A stretch of 64,000 nucleotides of DNA from the human T2T-CHM13v2.0 reference genome, Homo sapiens. Below, one piece after another: positions 1 through 16,585 of this stretch. Below the pieces are notes generated by a model. The model was not told where the DNA came from, made no database searches, and saw only the letters and a program-made list of their open reading frames with translations. Both the position numbers and the translations under genes were made by a program. Within the stretch, counting starts at the first letter, position 1. Every line of letters begins with the position of its first letter. The stretch lies in the NCBI RefSeq assembly GCF_009914755.1, contig NC_060927.1, one strand, 5' to 3'.

Positions 1-3107
<3,107 letters not shown>

Positions 3108-3170
3108 TATGATGTTAGCTGGTTATTTTGCTAGTTAGTTGATACAGTTTCTTCCTAGCATTGATGGTCT

Positions 3171-4196
3171 TTACAATTTGGCATGTTTTTGCAGTGGCTG
3201 GTACTGGTTGTTCCTTTCCATGTTTAGTGCTTCCTTCAGGAGCTCTTTTAGGGCAGGCCTGGTGGTGACAAAATCTCTCAGCATTTGCTTGTCTGTAAAG
3301 GATTTTATTTCTCCTTCACTTATGAAGCTTAGTTTGGCAGGATATAAAATTCTGGGTGGAAAATTCTTTTCTTTAAGAATGTTGAATATTGGCCCCCACT
3401 CTCTTCTGGATTGTAGACTTTCTGCTGAGAGATCCACTGTTAATCTGATGGGCTTCCCTTTGTGAGTAACCCAACCTTTCTCTCTGTTTTCTCTTAACAT
3501 TTTTTCCTTCATTTCAGTGTTGGTGAATATGACAATTATGTGTCTTGGAGTTGCTCTTCATGAGGAGCATCTTTGTGGCGTTCTCTGTATTTCCTGAATT
3601 TGAATGTTGGCCTGCCTCACTAGGTTGGGGAAGTTCTCCTGGATAGTATTGTGAAGGCATTTTCCAACTTGGTTGCATTCTCCCCATCACTTTCAGGTAC
3701 ACCAATCAGATGTACATTCGGTCTTTTCACATAGTCCCATATTTCTTGGAGGCTTTGTTCATTTCTTTTTATTCTTTTTTCTCTAAACTTCTCTTCTCGC
3801 TTCATTTCATTCATTTGATCTTCCATCACTGATAACCTTTTTTCCAGTTGATTGAATCGGCTACTGAAGCTTGTGCATATGTCACGTAGTTCTCGTGCCA
3901 TGGTTTTCAGCTCCATCAGGTCATTTAAGGACTTTTCTACATTGGTTATTCTAGTTAGCCATTCTTCTAATCTTTTTTCAAGGTTTTTAGGTTTCTTTGC
4001 AATGGGTTTGAACTTCCTCCTGTAGCTCAGAGAAGTTTGTTATTACCAATTGTCTGAAGCCTTCTTCTCTCAACTCGTCAAAGTCATTCTCCATCAAGCT
4101 TTGTTCCACTGCTGGCGAGGGGCTACATTCCTTTGGAGGAGAAGAGACACTCTGATTTTTAGAATTTTCAGCTTTTCTGCTCAGGTTTCTCCCCAT
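3171..4196 (-). pseudogene. L1 ORF1 (RNA-binding p40), frameshifted
   Basis: MGRNLSRKAENSKNQS starts at 4196. Coiled-coil fragment at 3620-3916 (REKRIKRNEQSLQEIWDYVKRPN) and C-terminal fragment at 3171-3512 (YPAKLSF...ELLKEAL). Confidence 0.95.
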
Positions 4197-5198
4197 CTTT
4201 GTGGTTTTATCTACCTTTGGTCTTTGATGATGGTGACGTACAGATGGGGTTTTGGTATGGATGTCCTTTCTGTTTGTTAGTTTTCCTTCTAACAATCAGA
4301 ACCCTCAGCTGCACGTCTGTTGGAGTTTGTTGGAGGTCCACTGCAGACCCTGTTTTCCTGGGCATCACCAGTGGAGGCTGCAGAACAGCAAATATTGCAG
4401 AACGGCAAAGGTTGCTGCCTGATCCTTCCTCTGGAAGCTTCGACTCAGAGGGGCACCCGGCTATATAAGTTGTCAGTTGGCCTCTACTGGGAGGTGTTTC
4501 CCAGTTAGGCTACTCAGGGGTCAGGGGCCCACCTGAGGAGGCAGTCTGTCCGTTCTCAGATCTCAAACTCCGTGCTGGGAGAACCACTACTCTCTTCAAA
4601 GCTGTCAGACAGGGACATTTAAGTCTGCAGAAGTTTCGGCTGCCTTTTGTTCAGCTATGCCCTGCCCCTCAGAGGTGGAGTCTACAGAGACAGGCTGGCC
4701 TTCTTGAGATGTGGTGGGCTCCACCCAGTTCAAGCTTCCTGGCTGCTTTGTTTACCTACTCAAGCCTCAGCAATGGTGGACGCCCCTCCCCGTGCCTCGC
4801 TGCCATCTTGCAGTTTGACCTCAGACTGCTGTGCTAGCAGTAAGCAAGGCACCTTGGTTGTGGGACTCTCTGAGCCAGACATGGGATATAATCTCCTGGT
4901 GTGCCTTTTGCTAAGACTGTTGGAAAAGCACAGTATTAGGGTGGGAGTGTCCTGATTTTCTAGGTACTATCTGTCACAGCTTCCCTTTGCTAGGAAAGAG
5001 AATTCCCTGACCCCTTGCACTTCCTGGGTGAGGTGATGCCACGCCCTGCCCCATGGGCTGCACCCACTGTCTGACAAGCCCCAGTGAGATGAACCCGGTA
5101 CCTCAGTTGGAATGCAGAAATCACCCATCTTCTGCATCGCTCATGCTGGGAGCTGCAGACTGAAGCTGTTTCTATTTGGCCATCTTGGAACCTCCCTC
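4197..5198 (-). promoter_or_regulatory. L1 5'UTR internal promoter with YY1 site; the antisense promoter would fire toward + coordinates
   Basis: GGCCATCTTGG at 5178-5188 is the CCAAGATGGCC YY1 site at the L1 5' end. The region is GC-richer with largely decayed CpGs. Confidence 0.8.
4773..4955 (+). pseudogene. L1 antisense ORF0 homologue, 60 aa, prematurely stopped
   Basis: MVDAPPRASLPSCSLTSDCCASSKQGTLVVGLSEPDMGY...EKHSIRVGVS aligns with the recalled L1HS ORF0 (MAGAPPPASLPPCSLISDCCASNQRDSVGVGPSEPGVGY...EKRNIRVGVT). The start context is gcaATGg. Confidence 0.8.
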
Positions 5199-5334
5199 CA
5201 AAGTGCTTTTAAAGGTGTAAAAGGAACATTCTGCAACAGTCTTTCTTCAGAAATGGTCTAATCTAGGCCTTTTGTCCAGCACTCATAAAGTACTTGAGGA
5301 CTCATTTCTTGATGTTCAAAATATTGTTAGATAA

Positions 5335-5641
<307 letters not shown>

Positions 5642-5659
5642 AGGAATGTGGGATTTAAC

Positions 5660-6050
5660 AAGATGTAATTCTTGCTCTCAAGGAACCCACAGACTAAAGA
5701 AAAATAGGAATGCAAATATTCCTTACAATACCATTTGATAACTTTTCAAATAGAGCCTTGCAAACAAGAAAAAAATCCTAACTTTACCTGAGGAGTCAGA
5801 GATACTCTTGTCTCAAAAAGGAGGAGAATAAGCTGAATTGAGAAGTTCAGCAGGTGAATTACCAATTGAACGTGTGGTAAGGAAGAAAAGATAGAGCTAA
5901 TAGGATGTGCAAATAAAAGAAAAGGTTTGTTTGCTTCAGAAACTCTATATGAGCTAGCATGACTAGGACAACACGTTGAATATGAGGTAAAAATAAGGCT
6001 GGATGATATAGATGGGATGTAGGTAATGATGAGCTTGGCCTTTTACTATT
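5660..6050 (-). mobile_element. L2 fragment, highly diverged
   Basis: The stretch tcttgctctcaaggaacccacagacta...gaggagtcagaga...taagctgaatt resembles the antisense L2 3' region. Confidence 0.5.
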
Positions 6051-6058
6051 CTGTTGGT

Positions 6059-6217
6059 CAGAGTTTCTGAAAGTTGTGTGCATATGATTCACTTGGACAA
6101 CTTATTTAAACGTATATTTTGATTGATTTCTTTCTGGAGTGAGGCCTGAAATTCAACCTTTCTAATAGGCTTCTACACATGCCACTGGCCCCCAAACCTC
6201 AATTTGAGTAGCCAAGA
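6059..6217. mobile_element. MER5A-like hAT-Charlie element
   Basis: cagagtttctgaaagttgtgtgcatatgattcacttgga...tggagtgaggcctgaaattc...tttgagtagccaag. Confidence 0.65.
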
Positions 6218-6540
6218 CTTAGGAGATGTGTATGTAGTAAAGATTCTGAAATAAGGTAGAAACTCAATTAGGTTTGTACTTTAGAGAGACAGTTCATTAG
6301 ATGTAGGGTAGAATGCAAATAGATTTGAGAGCTGTCACTGAGATGCTTTATTCCAATGGAAGCTTATTTATTAATATCTGCATGAAGAAATTTGGTAGCA
6401 ATATAGAGAATAGCAAAAATAAATTTCACAAAGACAAACTATTTCAACAAATGATTTCTGATCATTAATATATCATAATTTAAACAATTAGAAGTTTGTT
6501 TCTAATATTTTTGACATCTCAAAGACATAGTTAAAAATAG

Positions 6541-6843
<303 letters not shown>

Positions 6844-6970
6844 ACCTCACTATTCTTTTTAATGGTAGCCTCAGAGTTGGCCAAGCAACATCAAAATAGT
6901 GCTATGTGAACATGTATTTGAAAAAAGTGAGCCAGCTCCTAATATCAAGAAGTAAACAGTAAGAGGAGAA

Positions 6971-7099
6971 TTTTTTTAAATTATTGTACTTTAAGTTCTG
7001 GGATACCTGTACAGAACGTGCAGGTTTATTACATAGGTATACACGTGCCATGGTGGTTTGCTGCACCAATCAATCTGTCATCTACATTAGGTATTTCTC
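6971..7099 (-). mobile_element. Heavily 5'-truncated L1PA7/8-like 3' end, about 129 bp
   Basis: A T-run followed by tactttaagttctgggatac...gtgccatggtggtttgctgcac...tcatctacattaggtatttctc, the antisense of the L1PA 3' terminus. Confidence 0.92.
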
Positions 7100-7104
7100 A
7101 AGAA

Positions 7105-7275
7105 ATTCCTAAAATGTGATCATTCCTATGAAGTTGATATTATTATAGTATTTGTAATTTTATAGTTCTTACTACAGCTTTAAAAAATTCTCCTCTTTTA
7201 AGGCTATAGTAGAACCATAAAATTACAAATACTATAATAATGTCAACTTCATAGACATGATCACATTTTAGGAAT
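7105..7275. repeat. Long inverted repeat with 81/80-bp arms and a 10-nt spacer
   Basis: 7105-7185 is the reverse complement of 7196-7275 with 6 mismatches and 1 indel by manual alignment. Confidence 0.97.
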
Positions 7276-7497
7276 CAGCATCCCTAAGAGCATCTGGTTA
7301 ACTCTGAAACAAACATGCAGTGATTACAAATTGCAAGTGTATCACCTAGAAAAGGGTCAGACATAAAACTCTGTGGAAGAATGTGTATAGTTAGGAGTTG
7401 TGCAGTTTTGGTAATCCATTCACACTTGGTTGGATAGTTATTCATGGCAACTATCTCTCTAGAAAGGTAGATAACCTTCTTAAGACATCAGATAGGT

Positions 7498-7637
7498 CAG
7501 TGGTTCTGAACAGCTGGTTGAATGTTGGACTTATAAGGGGGAACATTTAAAAAACACACCAATGTCCAAAGCTCTATCTCCCAGAGACTCTGATTTAATT
7601 AGTTTGGGATGGAGCCACAGCACTGAAAATTTTAAAG
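7498..7637. mobile_element. MER5-family fragment
   Basis: cagtggttctgaac...cccagagactctgatttaattagtttgggatggagcc. Confidence 0.7.
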
Positions 7638-10261
7638 TAATTTTAGTGAAGTATAATGTACATTTAGAAAGTGCACATAAGCATGCAGTTAGGTAAATTA
7701 TAATTAATTAAAATATCCATTAAAGAACACTCAAATAAAAAACAATAATATTTCAAGTCCCCATCATAGCAGCCAGTATTGACAGCCCCTGATGTTATGG
7801 ATGATTCTATAATACTGTAGGACCTAAAAGAAAGGAGACATCCTTTCAGAGTAGTGGAAAGATGAAGAGAAAACTTTTGCTTTTCTATGGAGGATGTGAC
7901 ATCTAAGGTTGGAGTTGAAAGATGGCAGAATTTGGAGATGTAGTTTTTGAGAAGTTTACAAGTAGTTAGATTTATATAAGTGATGAAAGATTGGTGGGAA
8001 ATGAATGTGATGTTTGGGGAACATGGGGTAGTTCAGGTTACTTGCACAGGAGAATGTGAGAGGTGGAGTAGAGCAAAGCTAGGGTAGAAAGCTGAATATT
8101 TTCAAGGTTTTTAATATTTTAAGAGCCCAAGTTAATAGGGTAAAGAACATCACACATGACATAGCATTAAATTGTTTTATTTATGGAACAAAGGTAAACT
8201 TCATCCTTGTTTTTTTATGATTTTAGGCATTTGCCTTTCATAAATCTGTATTTAACAAACAAAGAAAAAAGTGGAATTAATACAAAACATACATATGGAC
8301 TGTCACATTCACTTGATAATATTTTTCATGTTTATAAATTCATTTACTCATTCTGAATAATTTACATCAAGTAATTTTCAAAAAAAATTTAAACCTAATT
8401 TTACTTCTCTTCTTTTTGAAAAAGATTCTCCAATACTTATACTATGTGCAATATTTTTAGATCTTCCAATACCATAAGAAGGAAGTATAAATCATTATTC
8501 CAAGGAAAGATAATCTTTTATTTCAGGTGTATATGTACTCTGAATACAAAATTCATCATAATATCAATAATTAGCCCTGTCACTTAAAAATGATAATTAT
8601 CTCATTTACATGTCTATGACTTTTAAAATGCATCATACTACTTCCATAAATAAATTACATTCTGTATTATATCAGTTTCTTTTCAAGAAAATGAAGTTAA
8701 ATCTTTGTAGTAACCAGCAGCTTAATTTTCATAAGGCCAGCTATTTGTTAATTAGTCATGCACCATAAATCAAACCCCAAGTCTTCTAGTTTCTTAATTG
8801 AAAATTATTGCTTCTTGGCTCTCTGGTTAAAAGTGCAGCAAGTGTGAGTGTGATCGATGTGGAATCCAGCACAAACAGTTTAAGAGAGTCAGAACTTGAT
8901 AGATCATTGCCCTGAAGGGACTTGTAATGGTGGATAGGCAGAAATCTCCAAATTAAAGATTTGCTTTTAAAATTGCAAGTGTAAAAATAGCTCTGGTATA
9001 CCCAATCCATCTTGACATTTTGACCACTTTTCTTTTCTTTTTTTCTTCTTTTTCTTTTAATGTCAGTTAGAATCTATTCGTTTGTACCAGTTACTATGGA
9101 GATAATATTAAATTATTGTAAAGTCCAACTTTTTGAGGGAATAAAATATGAAAATATTCCTTACCAATGCCATGAACAAATATTGAATTTGTTGATATTT
9201 TAAAGCAATTTGAAAACATTGACTAAAAACACTCTACTCATTTGACAGCTAATCTGAGAGAACAGATGGCTACCCAAGTATTGCCCCCAGTCATAAAATC
9301 ATTTCAAATATGATACTGTTGAGGCTAAGTAAAAGACTTTGCAAGTAATAAGGAAAATATTGCTTCATTGAATGGCTGCAGCTTGTTGCCATTTTTCTTC
9401 TGACAATCTAGGAGGATTTGCAGAGAACTTTGGTCATGTTTGTAGTTCTTTAGTTAAGAACAGCCACAGGGTTTTCCAGCATTCATTTCTTGTTTCCTAG
9501 TGGCCTGACAGCCAGGACCTGATGAGGGACGCAGCAGGGAGTACTGGGAAATGCCCCATAAATTTCAATGTGTGAAGTAAAAGATCTAAAAAAAATCTGG
9601 GCACAAGAACCAAGGTTGGAATTTGAAAATCACCTGGACAAATGTACCCTGAAATAAATATAGCATTTTACGAATTCCAAGTGTAAAGTGAAGTGGGTGG
9701 TTAAAGGTGGGTCCCTTGCCAATAGTTAATAAAGGCTAATGTTGATGTTATTTAATCCAGAATAATCGCGGTACCATTATGTGCCATAGTTACATTAAAC
9801 CTTCTAGACGGCACATTGAAATAATTTTGATGGCTTTATGAAACAAACATAAAGCTTCCTGATGAATTATAGTTTGAACTGAAATAGTAATCAGCTAGAA
9901 TGCTTGTGGAGATATGATACCTAGACATGAATTATATCTTAGAATGTAAGAAATCTTATTACGTCTTAAAGAAAATTCCAAAATAATTAAATGTGATAGA
10001 TAACTGTCTTTAAGTCTTAAACAAATTGTTAAGACTTTCTATACATGTTATCTCATCTATAAAATAATGGAGTTATGATCACTGAAATCCCATATTCTTT
10101 CTTATGCTAACATACTGTGATTTTGAGGAAATTTGTATATAAAGCTAAACTTCTCATTCTTGATTATATTGGGTTTTAGCGTAGGAGAATAATTAAGATT
10201 CGTATTCATTTACAAAGGGTGTGTGTGTGTTTGTGTATACATGTTAGAATATGCATAGACA

Positions 10262-10600
10262 GTCTCACAAATTAGCTGTATGCAGGCCTGATTCTATCAG
10301 CAGATGTCTTTTTCCTGGCTACATATTGTTTTACAAAATCTTGATTGTTTCCAACATTTCAAAATCCAGAAGTGTCACATAGAAATCTGGATTTCTGACT
10401 TGTCTTTAGAAACAAAAAATAAAGAAATACTTTTTTTTTCTGCAAAAATATAGTCACCTAGAACCAAATAGCAATTTCTTTCTCCATATATTATAGTCTT
10501 CCCTTTCTTAGCTTTCTTGTCTATCCTAAGCCTGGTGTCAGTTACTATTTATTAGTATTCTTGTCCTGTTACACACTTTGTTCTACATAGACTCTTCATT
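10262..10600. mobile_element. MER102-like hAT element
   Basis: The core ccaacatttcaaaatccagaagtgtcacatagaaatctggatttctgacttgtcttt matches the recalled MER102 core. Boundaries are approximate. Confidence 0.6.
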
Positions 10601-10999
10601 ACATTTTTCTTATCTAGCAATAAGGTAAGCCCCCGAGTGCTTATCTGCTTTTCTCTCTCATCTTCCCCAGCCAGCCACAGCCACTAAAAACGGATGCATT
10701 TGAGGCTCTAGGATTTTCTTACCTGTCTGTTTTTTTCACTCTATCAGTGCTGCCAACCCTTTTGAAATTTGGACAAAACTCTGAGGATCCAGAAAGGCAT
10801 TAGGAATTGTGTCCACTGAATTATGTCCTGAATCTGATTATTATTCTTTGCATCCCTTGTTTGTTGGATCAATAGCAAACTAAAATGAAAACAACCTTTG
10901 TGGTATTTGAGTCATGGTTCAAGTCAATCTTTGGACATAGACCAGCCATTGTATAATGGTCCAACTCACCTAGTTGGCTAGTGTTGTAGATACTATCTT

Positions 11000-11430
11000 G
11001 AGTGTTAGAGGTGCAGATACATTTCTCCAGATCTCCATGCTTCTTTCTAAAAACAACTCTCCAACCCTAGCAGTCTGAGAAGAATTAGTTCTGATTTTCC
11101 AACTAACTCTCTCTTGAGCACTGACCACAAAGGCTGACTTGACTAGGCCAATCAGATTTATTCTCTGAGAAATCGAAATTGAGACATGGAGACTAAGTCA
11201 TTTAGTTGTCTGGAACCAAAGTAGATGATCCTGTAGATGCAAGGCTGATGCTGTCATTTTGGGGAGAGTTATTCATGAGAAACCAGAATCAGTGGTTTAG
11301 AGAAAGACAATTCAGTCACATTGTGGCTCAGTGAATCTTTGACATCTTTCCAGTAACTGTGGCCTAGGAGATTTTCTGTGATCAACTTTCATTTGATTTG
11401 CAAACAAATAATTTCTAACTAGATACATAC
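11000..11430 (+). mobile_element. Old ERVL/MaLR-type LTR relic (LTR16/LTR33-like)
   Basis: The motif gactaggccaatcagatttattctctgagaaatcgaaattgagac is typical of these LTRs. Weak call. Confidence 0.35.
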
Positions 11431-11792
11431 ACTGAGATTTTCCTAGATAAATTACTGTAAGATAATCTTTAGATCAGAAAGTATGCTTCTTTTAATGCTC
11501 TTCGGATGTATTTTCAAATTGTCCTTTGGAAATGTTGAACTAATTTTTACTTCTGTAAGAAGGTATAGGACAACAACCATTTGTCCATACTGAAAACATC
11601 CTTTTGGGGAAAGTCGGTATGGAGTTATTATACTATTAGTTATGACATTAATTGTACGCCAAATTTTCCTGGTGATAAATAATTTAATATATTCACTGAT
11701 TGTGAAGATTTCTTTACCCCAATATTTTTTGGTGATGAACATTATTATGAACACTCCAAAAACTTGTGGGGCCTTCTTGCATATTTTTATTA

Positions 11793-12901
11793 AAATATGA
11801 TATAGGTACATTCAATTAAACATGTCAGATTAGAAACATATATTTTATCATCATTCTATCCTTAACTGCAATGGCAGACATGTAAAACTTATAAATAAGT
11901 CCATAAGACAAAGAGTGTAAAAGAAAATATAACAGAGGATACCAGTAGGTTTATAGGAGGTGAAAAACAGATGAAATGACAATAACTGACTCAGCAAAGT
12001 AGAAGGATTGGAAACCTACATGTTTGCAGAGGATGATAATGATGAGAAGCACAGCAGCCTGCCCTGCAGAACCTTGGTAAGGATTAGAATTTGGAGGCTC
12101 CAGATACAACAAAAAAGGAGATGAGACTTGGGATGCCAGGCACAGGCAGCATGGGAGTAAGAAAGATAAGTGAAATGGTGACATCTCCAGACGAATTACC
12201 TCACTTGGGGCTACCAGATTCTTAACAGCTGGGTTGATATTCACCATCAAAGAGACTGACTACAACAGAGACACTCCACTCAAGCGTGCATCTAGTTAAA
12301 GATGCTTGTGCTTCCTTCCTACAACGAAAAGGTGGTTTCACTCATATCTTTAAGCTCTTTTCACTAAAGCAGAGCCTCTAACCAACTTGTTGGTGACTTA
12401 CTCTTGAATATGAAAGAAGTGGTAAGAATCTCCAGACATGTTAGAAGAGGCTGAAAATGTAACACACAGAGACCAAAATAAACAAATAAAAAGTAAACTA
12501 CAATGAGAGGCAATTCAGGAAACAGAAGAAAACAAAAACTAATTGATATGATTAGAGACACAAAATTATTACTTTAATGAAACAAGAACAGGATGTTATT
12601 TAAAAAAAATCATGGAATGAAAAAGGGCTATTCAGAATAAAAAGTAAATATATAAATAGAAGCGTTGAAAGGTTAAATGGGGAAAATATTTGGAAAAGTA
12701 GTATAAACAGAAAAAAAAAATTAACACTAGGAAGTAAAAGAAAATTAGACTTTCCAAAAAGTCCAACATCAAGAAGAATAGAAATATAATATAGGTACAT
12801 TCAATTAAACATGGCAGACTAGAAACATATATTTAATCACCATTCTATCCTTAACTGCAATGGCAGACATGTAAAACTTATAAGTCCATAAGACAAAGAG
12901 T
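11793..12901 (+). repeat. Dispersed direct repeat of about 120 bp (11793-11916 and 12782-12901)
   Basis: The two copies differ by 5 substitutions and one 4-bp indel. The second copy is followed by AC plus A11. Confidence 0.97.
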
Positions 12902-13800
12902 ACAAAAAAAAAAAGGAAAGAGAAAACAGAGATATGATACAAGAAAATACCCTAGAACTGAAGGACATGGGTCAACAGATTGGAAAGTTCTACCAAGAAC
13001 TTAGCACGTAAAATGTGATGAAAACAATTTCAACCTAAAAATCTATCTGCAGCCAAATTCTGGCCAAGTTAGAATAAAGACTTTTTCGCACATATAAGAC
13101 TTCAGCAAATTATCTTCCAGACACTTATTCTCAATCAAGTACTGCTGTTCACTAGAAGAGAGGGAGTTAATCAAGGAAGAGAAAGACATGGGCTCCCTCA
13201 TGGGAGAGAGACAAAGGAAAGTTCCAAAATAACAGCTCTGCAATAGGCCTGGAGAGCAATCAGATAAGGTTTCACAAGAAATCAGAGGACCCAAAGAGGA
13301 GGATTTCTGGGAGAAAATAATTTTGACTCAATTTGATTAACTTTGACATGTAGAAAATGGTATTGAGATGTGTATAATAATTGTGTTTGAAATTTTAGGA
13401 AGAATTAACTATAGGTAAACATTACAAAAAGAAAAATAATTTTAAACAGGCAACTATTGACTTTATGAAACATAACACGTAAAGCAAGTAAGAAAAAAGA
13501 ATAGCTTGTTTGACTATCATTGGACTCAGCAAGGAACAATATGTATATAACTCACAACATGTAAATCTTAAGAAGTATGTAATTACAAAAGAGGGGATAT
13601 AGAAGGTGTTTATATAAGATGATGCCATAACACAGTCAATACACAAATTATAAAATTGATAGATCATGAAATGTAAGTCTAAGGCATATATTTAGAAACA
13701 TGGAAGCAAATAGATGTGTAAAGGAAGTCGTTGTTCTTGGAAAAAAGAATTTAGTAGGTTAGGAGATATGGAAAGTAGAAGTCTTTTTCTTGATATTGTT
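11800..13800 (+). mobile_element. Ancient HAL1/L1M-type element (ORF1 region), very diverged
   Basis: A-rich sense strand with aagtccaacatc...atacaagaaaataccctagaactgaaggacatg and gagggagttaatcaaggaagagaaagacatggg, which resemble HAL1/L1M ORF1. Confidence 0.6.
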
Positions 13801-13814
13801 TTAAGACTGTGCCA

Positions 13815-14235
<421 letters not shown>

Positions 14236-14442
14236 TCAAACATATAAATGTATGGATATATCTCTATTTTTCTTACATGGGTAGTAGTAAACTGTTCACT
14301 GTCTTCCAAAATTTTAAAAATATTTATCAATATATTTTATAGATTGTTTTCTATCTCCTTTCTATCTATAGTGATCTACTTTCTCTTTACAGTCTGCTCA
14401 GTATTCCATTTTATGAATAAACTGTGATTTATTTGATGGTAG

Positions 14443-15086
<644 letters not shown>

Positions 15087-16236
15087 CACCCTCCTCTTAA
15101 AACGTACAATTCCTTATGTAGTCAGCCTATATGTAATTTGTGTACAAATTAATTTTGCATAGAATAAAATACCAATACCCCAAAAGGCATAAACTATCTT
15201 GGAGGGCTAATGAGATATATATAAAAATACTTAATTTCAATTGTAAATGCTGATTAAAAATAAATTTTAACTGAATATTCACATATTTTATTTTTGGGTA
15301 AATTCATGTTTCTGCAAAATGGGTTTTCATAAAATAATACATCATTTAACATTAATACTTACTAATGTTAACAAGTATCTGTCGTGTGTTTAATAAATAT
15401 GTAAAGCTCTAAGGGTGTCATGAGGGAATCATGGAACATTCACTTCTGAGTATAGTTAAATTAATTAAGAGGCCCCTCTAGTTTGAAAAATGTAATAATT
15501 AGTATTTTAAAAATATTTGTACTGAATATATATATGTATTCAAAGAGAAAATTAACAACTTTAAAAAATACATATTTAAAATAGCTCACTGTAGTCATCT
15601 AGTAGGAAAATACATCTTTATACAAACAGCAAGGAGTGATGGTTATATTACCATCTATTTTTCTTTTCTTCTTCCCTTTTTAATTATTCTCTCTCTCAGA
15701 ATAAAGTCAAAATACTATCAAACATTTTTTTAAAATAAAATTATCTTGGTTACTAGCGATAGGCAAGTACAAGTTTCTGACCGTAAGTACACTCTTTCAC
15801 AGTAATCTTTAAATTGGAAGAGTGTAGGGCATTTCAAATGGGCTAATGAAGATTTGAACACATAGGAGACAATAAAACCCATATGATTACCAAGTCTAGA
15901 ACAGATGATGAAAAGAAAACATGATATTTGAACTTACAAATGGGAACATAGCTTAAATGAAGTGAGAGAAATTTTCACACACGGAAAACATTAATTGAGT
16001 GTCTGTAAACTAAATTTAATTCAATTCAACAAAATTTACTGAATATTGATTATGTGTTCTGGACCTTTATATGGTGCTAAAAACACAAAGTTATGATCTT
16101 TAATTTAATATTGTATAACAAAGTTATACAATAACACTTAATTATAAAAGTATGTATAAAGTGAAATGGAAACATAAATGGGGGTCTATGCTTATGAGAA
16201 TTCGGGAATGTAAATACAATGTGTTAGAACTGCCCA

Positions 16237-16277
16237 ATGCGTGCGTGTGTGCGTGCGTGCACACACACACACACACA
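16237..16277. repeat. Alternating purine-pyrimidine tract, (TGCG/TG)n then (CA)n
   Basis: atgcgtgcgtgtgtgcgtgcgtgcacacacacacacacaca. Confidence 0.95.
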
Positions 16278-16439
16278 AAGGTAGCTTCGGTGGGACTAAG
16301 ATATTTATTACGGAAAAAAGAATACTAATTGTTTTGAAATAATTTTATCTTTATATATCTTTATCTTTATATATCTATTTCTGAATCCATACCTGTATCT
16401 TCAACTTTATATTCATGTTCAATTTTTTCATGCCAATTT

Positions 16440-16585
16440 AATATGTTCTTTATATACAATAACCTACAAAACTGATACTATTCTTTTTTTCAGTTTACTA
16501 CATAAGAAATTGAAGCATAGTAAAGAAAACTTGGCCAAGGTCACACTTAATGAGTGACGAAATTCTATCATTTTTCAAACATGCT
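16440..16585 (-). mobile_element. MIR fragment
   Basis: cataagaaattgaagcatag...aacttggccaaggtcacac matches the antisense MIR core. Confidence 0.6.

Noticed and set aside
9519-9560. CTGATGA...GAAA resembling a hammerhead ribozyme core (similar words at about 9860 and 33262)
   Set aside because: There is no stem II closed by the G-C pair before GAAA, and I could not build stems I and III around a cleavage triplet.
11452-11811. 119-aa minus-strand ORF (also the 129-aa ORF at 28915-29304)
   Set aside because: No recognisable domain, composition typical of AT-rich or pyrimidine-rich non-coding DNA, and no supporting splice structure.
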